Assembly (NCBI GenBank): GCA_037133015.1
Contig: JBAXOX010000008.1
Span: 26,368-90,367, forward strand
Direction: 5' to 3'
Length of the DNA stretch: 64,000 nt
Source of the DNA: Acidobacteriota bacterium
GTDB taxonomy: Bacteria > Acidobacteriota > Vicinamibacteria > Vicinamibacterales > JAKQTR01
Below the pieces are notes generated by a model. That model saw only the letters and a list, made by a program, of their open reading frames with translations. It was not told the DNA's origin and made no database searches. Within the stretch, counting starts at the first letter, position 1. The number at the start of each line of letters is the position of its first letter. The position numbers and the translations under genes were made by a program. This document shows positions 47,101-55,487 of this stretch, in pieces.

Positions 47101-48112
47101 CGGTCAGGATCACCGTCGCCATCGCGGTGGCGAACAGATCCACGGGCGTGGCGATATAGGAGGCGACCGCCGCCGGGACGACGCTCGCCACGTCGAGCGA
47201 CGGCAGGATGCCCGCCGCCCGCGCAGCCGCGTGCGCCAGCACCCTGCCGACGGCCACGACCGCGACCGCGCCCAGCACACGGACCGCCGCCGCAGCCCGC
47301 GACCGATGGCGGGCGGCTGACGTCATGAGGGGAACAGCCAGCCAGGCGCACAGAAGCGCGCAGAGTCCGATCGCGCCGGCCGCGATCTGCGCCCGGAAGC
47401 CCCGTCGCGCCGCCGCGATGTCCTCGGCACGCACCGCGCCTTCCAGGAGCGGCTCGCCGGAAGCGCCGGCCAGCAGGAAGGCGCCTGGCTGACGCGATTC
47501 GCCCGCGCCTTCGTAGCGGGTGCGGAGATGGACGGGCACCAGCGCCGACGGCCAGAGCAGCACCGTGTTGTTGGGAGGGGCGGCAGAGGCCACCGGCGCG
47601 GCGGGCAAGTCGCGCTCGGACACGATGGTGCCGATCCGGCGTACCGGGCCCGCGGAGGCGTCGGTGATGGGCTGGACGCGAATCAAGCGGGTCCCCGACG
47701 GCCCGGGTGCGACAAAGACGGCCTGCGGACCCGCGACTCGAGCCCGGAGCCATCCCAAATCGGAGGGCCGTCCGGCCCAGGCAAGCGGCGCGTTCTGAAG
47801 CGAATACACCGTGACCGCGCCATTCGCGTCGACCGTCGAGGCGAGCGCGACAAACAGGTCGCGCGTGGCCGCCACGTCCGACGAGGCTCTCGCCACCACG
47901 TCGGCGTGCGCCGCGACCTGCGCGGTGGTGCGATCCAGACTCGCGACGATGGCGGCGAACGATCGCGTGACGTCGGCCGCCACGCGCGCCGTCGCCTCGC
48001 TGTCACTCCAGCCGAATCTGGAGACCTCCCGCACGGCGCCGCCCAGCACGAATGCGATCTGCAGCGCGGCAAACCAGGCGAGGACGCGTCGATACGAGAC
48101 CGGAATTGGCAT
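44114..48112 (-). CDS. Very large multi-pass membrane sensor histidine kinase (NtrY-like HAMP-HisKA-HATPase C-terminus)
   Basis: Preferred start ATG 48112 (MPIPVSYRRVLAWFAALQIAFVLGG) is within ORF 44114..48490. Many hydrophobic helices are visible by eye. The H-box HEIKNPLTPIQLSAEHL is of NtrY type. The HATPase N and G boxes are LANLVENALHAM, DTGVGM and GTGLGLTIV. Confidence 0.85.
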   Translation of the reverse strand: MPIPVSYRRVLAWFAALQIAFVLGGAVREVSRFGWSDSEATARVAADVTRSFAAIVASLDRTTAQVAAHADVVARASSDVAATRDLFVALASTVDANGAVTVYSLQNAPLAWAGRPSDLGWLRARVAGPQAVFVAPGPSGTRLIRVQPITDASAGPVRRIGTIVSERDLPAAPVASAAPPNNTVLLWPSALVPVHLRTRYEGAGESRQPGAFLLAGASGEPLLEGAVRAEDIAAARRGFRAQIAAGAIGLCALLCAWLAVPLMTSAARHRSRAAAAVRVLGAVAVVAVGRVLAHAAARAAGILPSLDVASVVPAAVASYIATPVDLFATAMATVILTAIAGESMTRLRIAARRQRHIVTSSAASISLFAGVQIAAAASVVVLLAKYDGALHQLAKVPGIDLLSYSLHPLEFQRLALAVALLGLHASVVWAAVALLRFGLLWFNPRNTPLVRVAWIACWIGPLVAWLVGTRMVPTPTPSWTILPPALLAIVLAWGTVRFAHWRRRASQSAAMSALFLSLALPGIALYPAAFLHATSANEAVVETRLAPDVMRQRDDLQVRVRTALTQIDRVPRLAELAIAPSAPRPVSPPTESAFLVWSQTDLGRHRLTSAVELYAADGSLVSRFALNLPEYTSAQQKWQEASCEWDLFEEVSPFGSDERRLLHAGRGLCADGPHGRQMVGAIVIHAMLDYGALPFLSSQNPYVEYFRTMRNAGPDSSHARETEFAVYGWSRRPLFESGTGASTLDEATFQRVYASRTPFWSRQSWAGRSYDVYLANDRAGIYALRLPTFDWLGHLVAVAELATLAGVVYIVWLLAGAVASRLGVSTADRGRELFLEIRASFYRKLAIAVVAAAVVPVMSLAALAQSYMSGQLRAGIEEAAIRTVTVAQRVVEDYGRLQERTDSPGQPLTDDIMVWISRVIDQDVNVYDGPLLAATSERDLFASGLLSTRTSANVFRAIALDRRATFVGEERAGSFSYLVAAAPARLSGHDAILTVPLTPRQHAIEIEIDDLNRRILLAVIICVMLGSGLGWVMAERIADPVRALQRATRKLSTGDLDVRLVMSSSNELSRLVDAFNTMAVELKRNQQAAGRAHRLEAWADMARQVAHEIKNPLTPIQLSAEHLRRVHLDQGSPLGPVVDNCIGSILTQVRLLRQIAGDFSSFASSPTARPVSIAPADLVEEVVAPYRPGLPAAVRLEVDVPDSLPAMYVDRSLVGRALANLVENALHAMAGGGCLTITGREADDGRRIELVTRDTGVGMEPAALGQIFEPYFSTKAIGTGLGLTIVKRNVELNGGRVAIESAPGVGTVVTVSLPTLAATPNEVPTGGAARPT

Positions 48113-48287
48113 GATGAACGGTCCAGTGCAGCATACCCGCGCCACCCTCCGCCGACAAGGTTGCGGTCGGGATGCGGTCGGGCAACCGCAGCCGGGCGCG
48201 CCAGTCCCACGGCGTGCTCCAAAGCGTGCTATAAGAGGAGGCGGTCGCCGGCGAGAGTGCGGCGCGCTCGGGGTTCGGGCTGGCGCG

Positions 48288-49292
48288 ATGATCCAAGACA
48301 CCAACGTCAAGAGCGTGATCAAACGGGGTGCGTTGGTCGCGGCGGCCAACTGGCAATTGACGGCGATCCAGTTCGTGGCGGATTCGACCTTCAAGATGCT
48401 GGTCAGCGTGCCCGTCGTGGGCGGCGTGCTGCTGGTGGCGCTCGTGCTGGGACGGGATCTGCCGGAATTGGTCGGAGGCGACCTGCGCACCAGCGTGGCC
48501 TTCGTGGCCTCGGCGCTGCTGGCGGAACCCTACGCGCTGGCGGCGTTCCTGGTGGCGCTGGCCCTGGTGACGATCACGGGCGCGGTCTTCATGGTGCTGG
48601 TCAAGGGCGGCACCGTGGTGGTGCTCGCGCAAGGCGAACGGGAAGCCGAAGCGATCGAGGAACCCCCGCTGTGGCTGCGCCCTTTCTGGAGCGCCGCGAG
48701 GTTCTCCCTCGATCGGTACCAGGCCGGATGCGCGTTGTTGTTCCGGCGGTACGTGCGGCTGGCGCTGCTGCTCGGCGTGGTGTACGCGGGCTCTGCGGGG
48801 GCCTACCTGGTGCTGCTGTTCGGCCGCTACGGCGGCACCCTGTCGAGCGGGCTCGATTGGACCCTGGCGGCCGTGGCGCTGTCGGCGGCCATGGCGGTCT
48901 GGATCACCCTCATCAATTTCGTCTACCTGCTGGTGCAGGCGGTGGTGGTGGTTGACGAGTGCAGCGTGCGGGTCGGCGCCCGGCGCGTGTTTCGATTTCT
49001 TCGGGCCGAGCCGCGCCTCGCGTTCAGCGTACTCGGCGTGGTGCTCGGCCTGGTGGTCGGCGCGACGTTTGTCTCGTTGATTGCCACGACCAGTCTCGGC
49101 CTGATTGCGTTCGTGCCGTTGGCCGGGCTGGCAGTGATCCCCCTCCAGGTGCTGGCCTGGATGTTTCGCGGACTGGTCTTCCAGTATCTCGGACTCAGCG
49201 CGCTTGGCGCGTATTTATGCCTGTACCGACGCCACGCGTCGGCGGGGCCGGAACCTGCGGATGCGGACCTGATCCGCCTCGCGCCCTTTTGA
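48288..49292 (+). CDS. Hypothetical polytopic membrane protein
   Basis: Preferred start ATG 48288 is within ORF 47811..49292; the upstream part is antisense to the kinase. There are at least six hydrophobic segments and no motif recognised. Confidence 0.6.
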   Translation: MIQDTNVKSVIKRGALVAAANWQLTAIQFVADSTFKMLVSVPVVGGVLLVALVLGRDLPELVGGDLRTSVAFVASALLAEPYALAAFLVALALVTITGAVFMVLVKGGTVVVLAQGEREAEAIEEPPLWLRPFWSAARFSLDRYQAGCALLFRRYVRLALLLGVVYAGSAGAYLVLLFGRYGGTLSSGLDWTLAAVALSAAMAVWITLINFVYLLVQAVVVVDECSVRVGARRVFRFLRAEPRLAFSVLGVVLGLVVGATFVSLIATTSLGLIAFVPLAGLAVIPLQVLAWMFRGLVFQYLGLSALGAYLCLYRRHASAGPEPADADLIRLAPF

Positions 49293-49305
49293 CGGTGACG
49301 CCATC

Positions 49306-50523
49306 ATGATTGACTACGACAAATTTCTTTCCCGAGCGGGCGAGAAGATGCAGGGATCCGCCATCCGCAGAATGGGCGTGGTGGCGGCCGGCATCCCGGA
49401 CATGATCTCGCTGGCTCCGGGCTACCCGGATCCGCAGGTGTTCGCCTGGGACGCCTTCGCGGAAATCGCCGCCGCGGCGCTCGGCGGGCACGACGCCCAC
49501 GCGTTGCAGTATGGGCCAACCCGGGGCTTCGGACCGCTGGTCGAGGCGCTCCCCGACATCGTCGCGCGGCGGGGGATCGTCGCGACGTCGGGCCAGATGC
49601 TGGTGACGACAGGCTCACAGCAGGGACTCGATTTGCTGGCGCGCGTGCTGTGCGACCCGGGGGATGTCGTGTTGGTGGAACTGCCGGCCTACACCGGCGC
49701 GATCGCGTCGTTCCGGGACGCGCAGGCCGACCTGGTCGGGATCCGGCAGGACACCGATGGCCTCGACCTCGACGATCTCGAACGGGTCCTGTGTCGCGAG
49801 CGCGCGGCGGGCAAGCGGGCCAACGTGGTGTATGTCGTGCCCAACTTCCAGAATCCGACCGGACAGTTGATTTCTCAGGCCAAGCGCCGGGGCTTGCTGG
49901 CCCTGGCGGATCGGCACGATCTGATCATCATCGAGGACGACCCCTACGGCGATCTGTTCTTTGGCGAGAACGACGAACACCTGACGCGGCCGATCAAGGC
50001 CGACGACACCGCCGGGCGCGTGGTCTATCTCAGCAGTTTTTCAAAGACGCTGGCGCCCGGGTTTCGGGTGGCCTGGGTCGTGGCTCCCGAAGCGCTGATC
50101 GCCAAGCTGGACGTGGCCAAGCAGGCGGCGGACCTGTGCACCGGCGCGCTGGATCAGCGCATCGTCTTCGAGACGTGGAAGCGGGGCGTGCTGACCGCCT
50201 GTCTGCCGGGATTGCGGAAGCACTACCGCGCGAAGAAAGAGGCGATGGAATCGGCGCTGCGCGAGCACCTCGGCGACATCGCGTCGTGGCAGGAACCGCG
50301 CGGCGGGTTCTTTATCTGGGTGGCGCTGCCCACGCAGCTGAGCGGAGAGGCGCTGCTCGCTCCGGCCATGAAGGAACGCGTGGTGTACGTGGCGGGCGCC
50401 GCGTTCTTCGTGGACGGTACCGGCCAGCACTTCATCCGGCTGTCGTACTCGCTGCCCTCGCCCGAGCGCATTACCGAGGGCGTCAAGCGCCTGGCGCGAG
50501 TGGTCCGGGTCGCGATGTCTTGA
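49306..50523 (+). CDS. PLP-dependent aminotransferase, class I/II (2-aminoadipate/LysN-like or MocR-type catalytic domain)
   Basis: GSAIRRM is near the N-terminus, with YGPTRGF and VYVVPNFQNPTG. The PLP-lysine motif is LSSFSKTLAPGFRVAWV, and the C-terminal region has FIRLSYS. Confidence 0.85.
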   Translation: MIDYDKFLSRAGEKMQGSAIRRMGVVAAGIPDMISLAPGYPDPQVFAWDAFAEIAAAALGGHDAHALQYGPTRGFGPLVEALPDIVARRGIVATSGQMLVTTGSQQGLDLLARVLCDPGDVVLVELPAYTGAIASFRDAQADLVGIRQDTDGLDLDDLERVLCRERAAGKRANVVYVVPNFQNPTGQLISQAKRRGLLALADRHDLIIIEDDPYGDLFFGENDEHLTRPIKADDTAGRVVYLSSFSKTLAPGFRVAWVVAPEALIAKLDVAKQAADLCTGALDQRIVFETWKRGVLTACLPGLRKHYRAKKEAMESALREHLGDIASWQEPRGGFFIWVALPTQLSGEALLAPAMKERVVYVAGAAFFVDGTGQHFIRLSYSLPSPERITEGVKRLARVVRVAMS

Positions 50524-51904
50524 CGACCACGATCGTCGGCAGGGTTTCGGGAGGCAGCAGCCTGCCAGGCGGGTAGATCATCGGCACCAGCGGCGGCTCG
50601 ACGTCGTCCAGGGTTTCTGGGAGCAGGACGACGTTGCCAGGCATCGGATCCAGAGGCACCAGCGGCGGTTCGACGATCGGCCCGAAGGCGAGCAACTGGC
50701 CGCCGGCGGTCAGGACAATCGCGCGTGGCGGTTCCGGCCCGTCCCAATCGATCAGGTGCGGCGCGTGGATCGGGCGACCGGCCAGCGTGAGGGTTTCGGT
50801 GAGCATGCCGCGGTCGATTTCGAACGTCTTGAATTCGCTGCCCACCGTGGCCATCAGCAACGTGTTGCCGGCCAGCACGGGGCCGCCCACCGGTCTGGAC
50901 GGCAGGCGCTGTTCCCACTTCTGATCGCCGCCTCCGCGGCCCAGGGCCACCATCGAGTTGTCGAGCGACGCAAAGTACACCCGATTGGTGTCGGCGGCGA
51001 CGGTGCCGCCGACGTCCCCGCCGGTGCGCCACCGCCATTTCAGCCCGCCCCCCTCGGGGCCGATCGCCCAGAGAAAATCATCCGACGAGCCGACGAACAA
51101 CCGGTCCTTGATGAGGGTCAGGACCAGTGGCGTGCCGCTGATCGTTCGGGTCCACTCGAGGGTGCCGGCTTTGACCGACATGGCGACCACCCGTCCGCCT
51201 GTCAACCCGACGATGATGCGGTCGGCATCGCCCACCGGCAGGGCACGGGCGGCCGCAGCCAACGCCTGCCGCCAGAGCACACGCCCGTCGCCGGGGCGGA
51301 GCACGATCAACTCGGGTGTGGTGGTGACGACGGCAATCCAGCCCGGGCCGGCAACCGGTGCCAGCGCGCCCGGCGCGCCCAGCGATTGCTGCCAACGAGC
51401 CTCGCCCGAAGCGCCGTCGAAGGCGAACAGTGTCGCCTCGCTGACGGCGACCACGAGGCCGTCTGTCGCCGCCGGCGCGGTGGTGACGCCGGCCTCGACC
51501 GACCAGACGACCGCGCCTGTGGCCAGCGCGACCGCCACCAGCCACCCGTCCCGCAATCCGACGTAGGCGTGGGTCTTGTCGAAGGCGGGAGGCCCGATCG
51601 GACTCGCCTCGAGCACGGTGCTCCAGTGCGGGTAGAACGGCGCCCAGAACGAGGGCACCGGCGGGCGTTTGGGCCCGCCAAACGCGAGTCCTGCTCCGGG
51701 TGCGAGCGACAGCGCAGCGAGCAGGCCGGCCAGCAAGACAACCCGTACGGATCGGCGGCGCGGAAGAGAGACGACGCGAATCGCCGAACCAATCTGCCTG
51801 GGCCGAACCACCCCGGTATAATACGTCAAAGCCTCGAGCCAGTCGGGTGAGGGCGCCTCGCGCGGCCAGGCGGGCGACCCGGGTTGAGTTGATGGGAGCG
51901 ACAT
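50483..51904 (-). CDS. PQQ-like beta-propeller repeat protein (BamB-like)
   Basis: Repeated propeller blades of the type GLVVAVSEATLFAFDGASGEARWQQSL, VVAMSVKAGTLEWTR and DRLFVGSSDDFLWAIGPEGGGLKWRW. The start is uncertain: ATG 51904 overlaps the dnaE ATG, and in-frame GTG 51811 is an alternative. A signal-like RRRSVRVVLLAGLLAALSLAPGAGLA follows. Confidence 0.7.
   Translation of the reverse strand: MSLPSTQPGSPAWPREAPSPDWLEALTYYTGVVRPRQIGSAIRVVSLPRRRSVRVVLLAGLLAALSLAPGAGLAFGGPKRPPVPSFWAPFYPHWSTVLEASPIGPPAFDKTHAYVGLRDGWLVAVALATGAVVWSVEAGVTTAPAATDGLVVAVSEATLFAFDGASGEARWQQSLGAPGALAPVAGPGWIAVVTTTPELIVLRPGDGRVLWRQALAAAARALPVGDADRIIVGLTGGRVVAMSVKAGTLEWTRTISGTPLVLTLIKDRLFVGSSDDFLWAIGPEGGGLKWRWRTGGDVGGTVAADTNRVYFASLDNSMVALGRGGGDQKWEQRLPSRPVGGPVLAGNTLLMATVGSEFKTFEIDRGMLTETLTLAGRPIHAPHLIDWDGPEPPRAIVLTAGGQLLAFGPIVEPPLVPLDPMPGNVVLLPETLDDVEPPLVPMIYPPGRLLPPETLPTIVVVKTSRPGPLAPGA
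51817..51822 (+). promoter_or_regulatory. Perfect TATAAT hexamer 80 nt upstream of dnaE (putative -10)
   Basis: tataat at 51817-51822, with no good -35. It lies inside the annotated 5' end of the divergent BamB-like ORF. Confidence 0.25.
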
Positions 51905-54900
51905 GGCGGAGTTCGTTCATCTGCACCTGCATACGGAGTACTCGCTGCTCGACGGTGCGTGCCGGATCGAGGAACTGCTCGGACAGGCCGAGCGGTTCGG
52001 GATGCCGTCGCTGGCGGTGACCGAGCACGGCAATCTGTTCTCGGCGATCGCGTTTCACGACAAGGCTCGCACGCACGGGATCAAGCCGATTCTGGGCTGC
52101 GAGGTGTACGTGGCGCCCGGCAGCCGGCTGACCAAGAGCGGGTCGATCGGCGAAACGGCGAACCACCTGGTGCTGCTGGCCGAGACCAACGAGGGGTTCG
52201 CCAATCTCATCACGCTGGTGTCGTCGGGTTATACCGAGGGGTTCTACTACCGGCCGAGAATCGATAAAGACCTGCTCGCGGCTCATGCCAAGGGACTGAT
52301 TGGCCTCAGCAGTTGCCTGAAGGGCGAAGTACCGAGTCACCTGCGGGCCGATCAACTGCAGCGAGCCACCAGCGCGGCGGCCACCTACCGGGACGTGCTC
52401 GGGGCCGGAAACTTCTTTCTCGAGATGCAGTATCAGGGATTGCCCGACCAGCTCGTGGTCAACCGCGGCCTGGTGGAGATCTCCCGGGATCTCGGCGTGC
52501 CGCTGGTCTGCACCAATGATGTCCATTACCTGCGGCAGGAGGACTCGAAACCGCACGACATCCTGCTCTGCATCGGCACGGGCAAATCGGTCAACGACGT
52601 GGATCGTCTCAAGTATTTCGGGGATCAGTTTTTTCTCAAGACGCCCGAGCAGATGGAGGCGGTGTTCGGCGATCATCCGGACGCGATGCGGCGGACCGTG
52701 GAGATCGCCGAGCGGTGCAATGTCGATCTGAGCGATTCGGGTCCCTACCTGCCGAATTTTCAGGTTCCCGATTCCTATTCGCTCGAAGGGTATTTCGAGC
52801 ACATGGTGCGGGAGGGATTCGCGCGACGGTTGCCTCGTCTTGAAGAGACGGCGGCGCGTGGGGAACTGCGGCATCCCCTCGAGGACTATCGCGCGCGGCT
52901 CCAGTACGAGATCGATGTCATCAAGGGGATGAAGTATCCCGGCTACTTCCTGATTGTCTGGGATTTCATTCACTACGCCCGGGAGCAGGGCATTCCGGTG
53001 GGGCCGGGCCGGGGTTCGGCGGCCGGCAGCCTGGTGGCGTATTGCCTGAAGATTACCGACATCGATCCGTTGCAGTACGACTTGCTGTTCGAGCGGTTTC
53101 TCAATCCGGAACGGATCTCGCTTCCGGACATCGATATCGACTTCTGCGAACGACGGCGTGGCGAGGTGATCGAGTACGTCACCCGGAAGTACGGCCGCGA
53201 GAACGTGGCGCAGATCATCACCTTCGGCACGATGAAGGCGAAGGCCGTGGTGCGCGACGTGGGTCGCGTGCTCGACATGTCGTACGCCGACGTCGATCGG
53301 GTCGCCAAGCAGATTCCCGCGGTGCTGGAGATGACGCTCGACAAGGCGCTCGAAGAGAACCCCCTGCTGCGCGACCTCGAGAAAAGCGATCCGCGCGTCG
53401 CCGAATTGCTGGGCGTGGCGAAACGGCTCGAAGGGATGACGCGCCACGCGTCGGTGCACGCGGCCGGCGTGGTCATCACGCCGCGGCCGGTCACCCAGTT
53501 CGCGCCACTCTACAAGGGGGCGCGCGACGAAATCACGACCCAGTGGGGCATGAAGGAGATCGAGCGCATCGGTCTGCTCAAGATGGACTTTCTGGGCTTG
53601 AGTACGCTGACGCTGATTCGCGACGCGCTGGAACAGATTCTGGCGACCACGGGGACGCGGTTAGATCTGGAGACGCTTCGGCTCGACGACACGCGCAGCT
53701 TCGACTTGTTCTGCGAAGGGCAGACGCTCGGCGTGTTCCAGTTCGAGAGTTCGGGCATGCGCGACATCCTCCGGAAAGCGAAACCGCGGCGCTTCGAAGA
53801 CCTGATTGCCTTGAACGCGCTGTACCGCCCCGGACCGATCAAGGGGGGGATGATCGACGACTTCATCGCCCGCAAGCACGGGCGCGTCGACATCAAGTAC
53901 GAGTTGCCGCAACTGGAGCCGATCCTCAAGGAAACCTACGGCGTCATGGCCTACCAGGAGCAGGTGATGCTGGTGGCCAGCGAACTGGCGGGCTTCTCGC
54001 TGGGAGAAGCCGACCTGCTCCGCAAAGCGATGGGGAAGAAGAACGTCGCGCTGATGGAGGCGCAACGCGCCGCGTTCATGAAGGGCGCCACCGCGCGCGG
54101 GATCCCCGAAAAGAAGTCGAAGCGCGTGTTCGACCTGATTCAGCAGTTTGCCGGCTACGGGTTCAACAAGTCGCACTCGACCACGTACGCGTTGCTGGCG
54201 TACCACACGGCGTACTTGAAGGCGAACTATCCGTGGCACTTCATGGCCGCCCTGCTCACCATTGAGTCGCAGAACACCGCGAAGCTGTCCGGCTACCTCC
54301 ACGAGTGCCGGGAACTCGGCGTGCCGATTCTGCCGCCCGACATCAACGCCAGCGGCCTGTCGTTCACCGTGACGCCGGCCGGCGTGCGGTTCGGGCTGGG
54401 CGCGGTGAAGAACGTGGGCGAGGGCGCCATCGCGTCGCTGCTGCAGGTGCGCGCGGCGCAGGGGCGCATCCAGTCGCTGCACCGGTTGTGCGAAGACGTC
54501 GATTTGCGCCTGGTCAACAAGCGTGTCTTCGAAAGCCTGGCGAAGGCGGGTGCGTTCGACTCGCTGGTCCCGTCGGCCGGCGCGGGCCCGGACCCACGCC
54601 CCAGCCTCTATCGGCCGCGGCTGATGGCGGCGCTCGACGCGGCGGTCGAGTACGGCAACCGACACCAGCGCGATCGCGACAAAGGCCAGACGCAGCTGTT
54701 CGGGGGCGGCGATCTGGCATCCGAGGCCGAGGTGCCGTTGCCGGCCGCGCCGGGGTGGAGCGACGCCCAGCAACTGGCCTACGAGAAAGAGGCGCTCGGG
54801 CTGTACTTGAGCGGACACCCGATCGACCGGTACGCCGACGACCTCAAGACCTTCGGTGCGCGCACCATTGGCGAACTGGCGGCCTCCATGGACAAGCCGG

Positions 54901-55466
54901 AGGCGACCGAGGAAGACGGCCCACCTCCAGACGCGCCGCCGTCCTCGCGCCGCGGCGGAGAAGAGGTGGCGGTGGGGGGCATCGTCGCGTCGCTGCGGCC
55001 GCTCAAGACGAAGAAGGGCGATCGGATGGCGGCGTTCATGCTGGACGATCCGCACGGCACCATCGAGGTGGTGGTCTTTCCGGAACCCTTTGCCAAGGCG
55101 GCGGCGCTGCTCCAGACCGACGCCGTGGTGCTGGTGCGCGGCCGGTTCGACCGGGACGACGAGACGATGCGGATTCTGGCGTCGGACATTCAGTCGATCG
55201 AAATCGTGCGGGCCCAGATCACCCAGCAGCTGGTGCTGCGGTTGGCGGCGTCGGCGAGCGACGCCGGCGTGCTGGGCGGGGTGTCCGACGTGCTCAGCCG
55301 GCACAAGGGCGATTGCCGGGTGGCGCTGGAACTCGACGTGGTCTCGGGCGACCGCACGCTGCGGGTGCGCGCGGAGCTGTCGGGCCAGACCCGCGTGTGT
55401 CCCTCGGACCGGCTGATCGGCGAACTGGAACGGATCTGCGGCCCGGGCACGGTCACACTGCGGTAG
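51903..55466 (+). CDS. dnaE: DNA polymerase III subunit alpha
   Basis: PHP domain N-terminus MAEFVHLHLHTEYSLLDGA, with GPGRGSAAGSLVAYCLKITDIDP and PDIDIDF. 1187 aa. Confidence 0.97.
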   Translation: MAEFVHLHLHTEYSLLDGACRIEELLGQAERFGMPSLAVTEHGNLFSAIAFHDKARTHGIKPILGCEVYVAPGSRLTKSGSIGETANHLVLLAETNEGFANLITLVSSGYTEGFYYRPRIDKDLLAAHAKGLIGLSSCLKGEVPSHLRADQLQRATSAAATYRDVLGAGNFFLEMQYQGLPDQLVVNRGLVEISRDLGVPLVCTNDVHYLRQEDSKPHDILLCIGTGKSVNDVDRLKYFGDQFFLKTPEQMEAVFGDHPDAMRRTVEIAERCNVDLSDSGPYLPNFQVPDSYSLEGYFEHMVREGFARRLPRLEETAARGELRHPLEDYRARLQYEIDVIKGMKYPGYFLIVWDFIHYAREQGIPVGPGRGSAAGSLVAYCLKITDIDPLQYDLLFERFLNPERISLPDIDIDFCERRRGEVIEYVTRKYGRENVAQIITFGTMKAKAVVRDVGRVLDMSYADVDRVAKQIPAVLEMTLDKALEENPLLRDLEKSDPRVAELLGVAKRLEGMTRHASVHAAGVVITPRPVTQFAPLYKGARDEITTQWGMKEIERIGLLKMDFLGLSTLTLIRDALEQILATTGTRLDLETLRLDDTRSFDLFCEGQTLGVFQFESSGMRDILRKAKPRRFEDLIALNALYRPGPIKGGMIDDFIARKHGRVDIKYELPQLEPILKETYGVMAYQEQVMLVASELAGFSLGEADLLRKAMGKKNVALMEAQRAAFMKGATARGIPEKKSKRVFDLIQQFAGYGFNKSHSTTYALLAYHTAYLKANYPWHFMAALLTIESQNTAKLSGYLHECRELGVPILPPDINASGLSFTVTPAGVRFGLGAVKNVGEGAIASLLQVRAAQGRIQSLHRLCEDVDLRLVNKRVFESLAKAGAFDSLVPSAGAGPDPRPSLYRPRLMAALDAAVEYGNRHQRDRDKGQTQLFGGGDLASEAEVPLPAAPGWSDAQQLAYEKEALGLYLSGHPIDRYADDLKTFGARTIGELAASMDKPEATEEDGPPPDAPPSSRRGGEEVAVGGIVASLRPLKTKKGDRMAAFMLDDPHGTIEVVVFPEPFAKAAALLQTDAVVLVRGRFDRDDETMRILASDIQSIEIVRAQITQQLVLRLAASASDAGVLGGVSDVLSRHKGDCRVALELDVVSGDRTLRVRAELSGQTRVCPSDRLIGELERICGPGTVTLR

Positions 55467-55487
55467 GATCGTCAGTAGGGGAGTGTG

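Noticed and set aside
45731-47753. Long ORFs 45731..47320 (+) and 45801..47753 (-) inside the histidine kinase locus
   Set aside because: They are alternative-frame or antisense shadows of the kinase ORF. The kinase frame alone yields coherent TM helices and HisKA/HATPase motifs.
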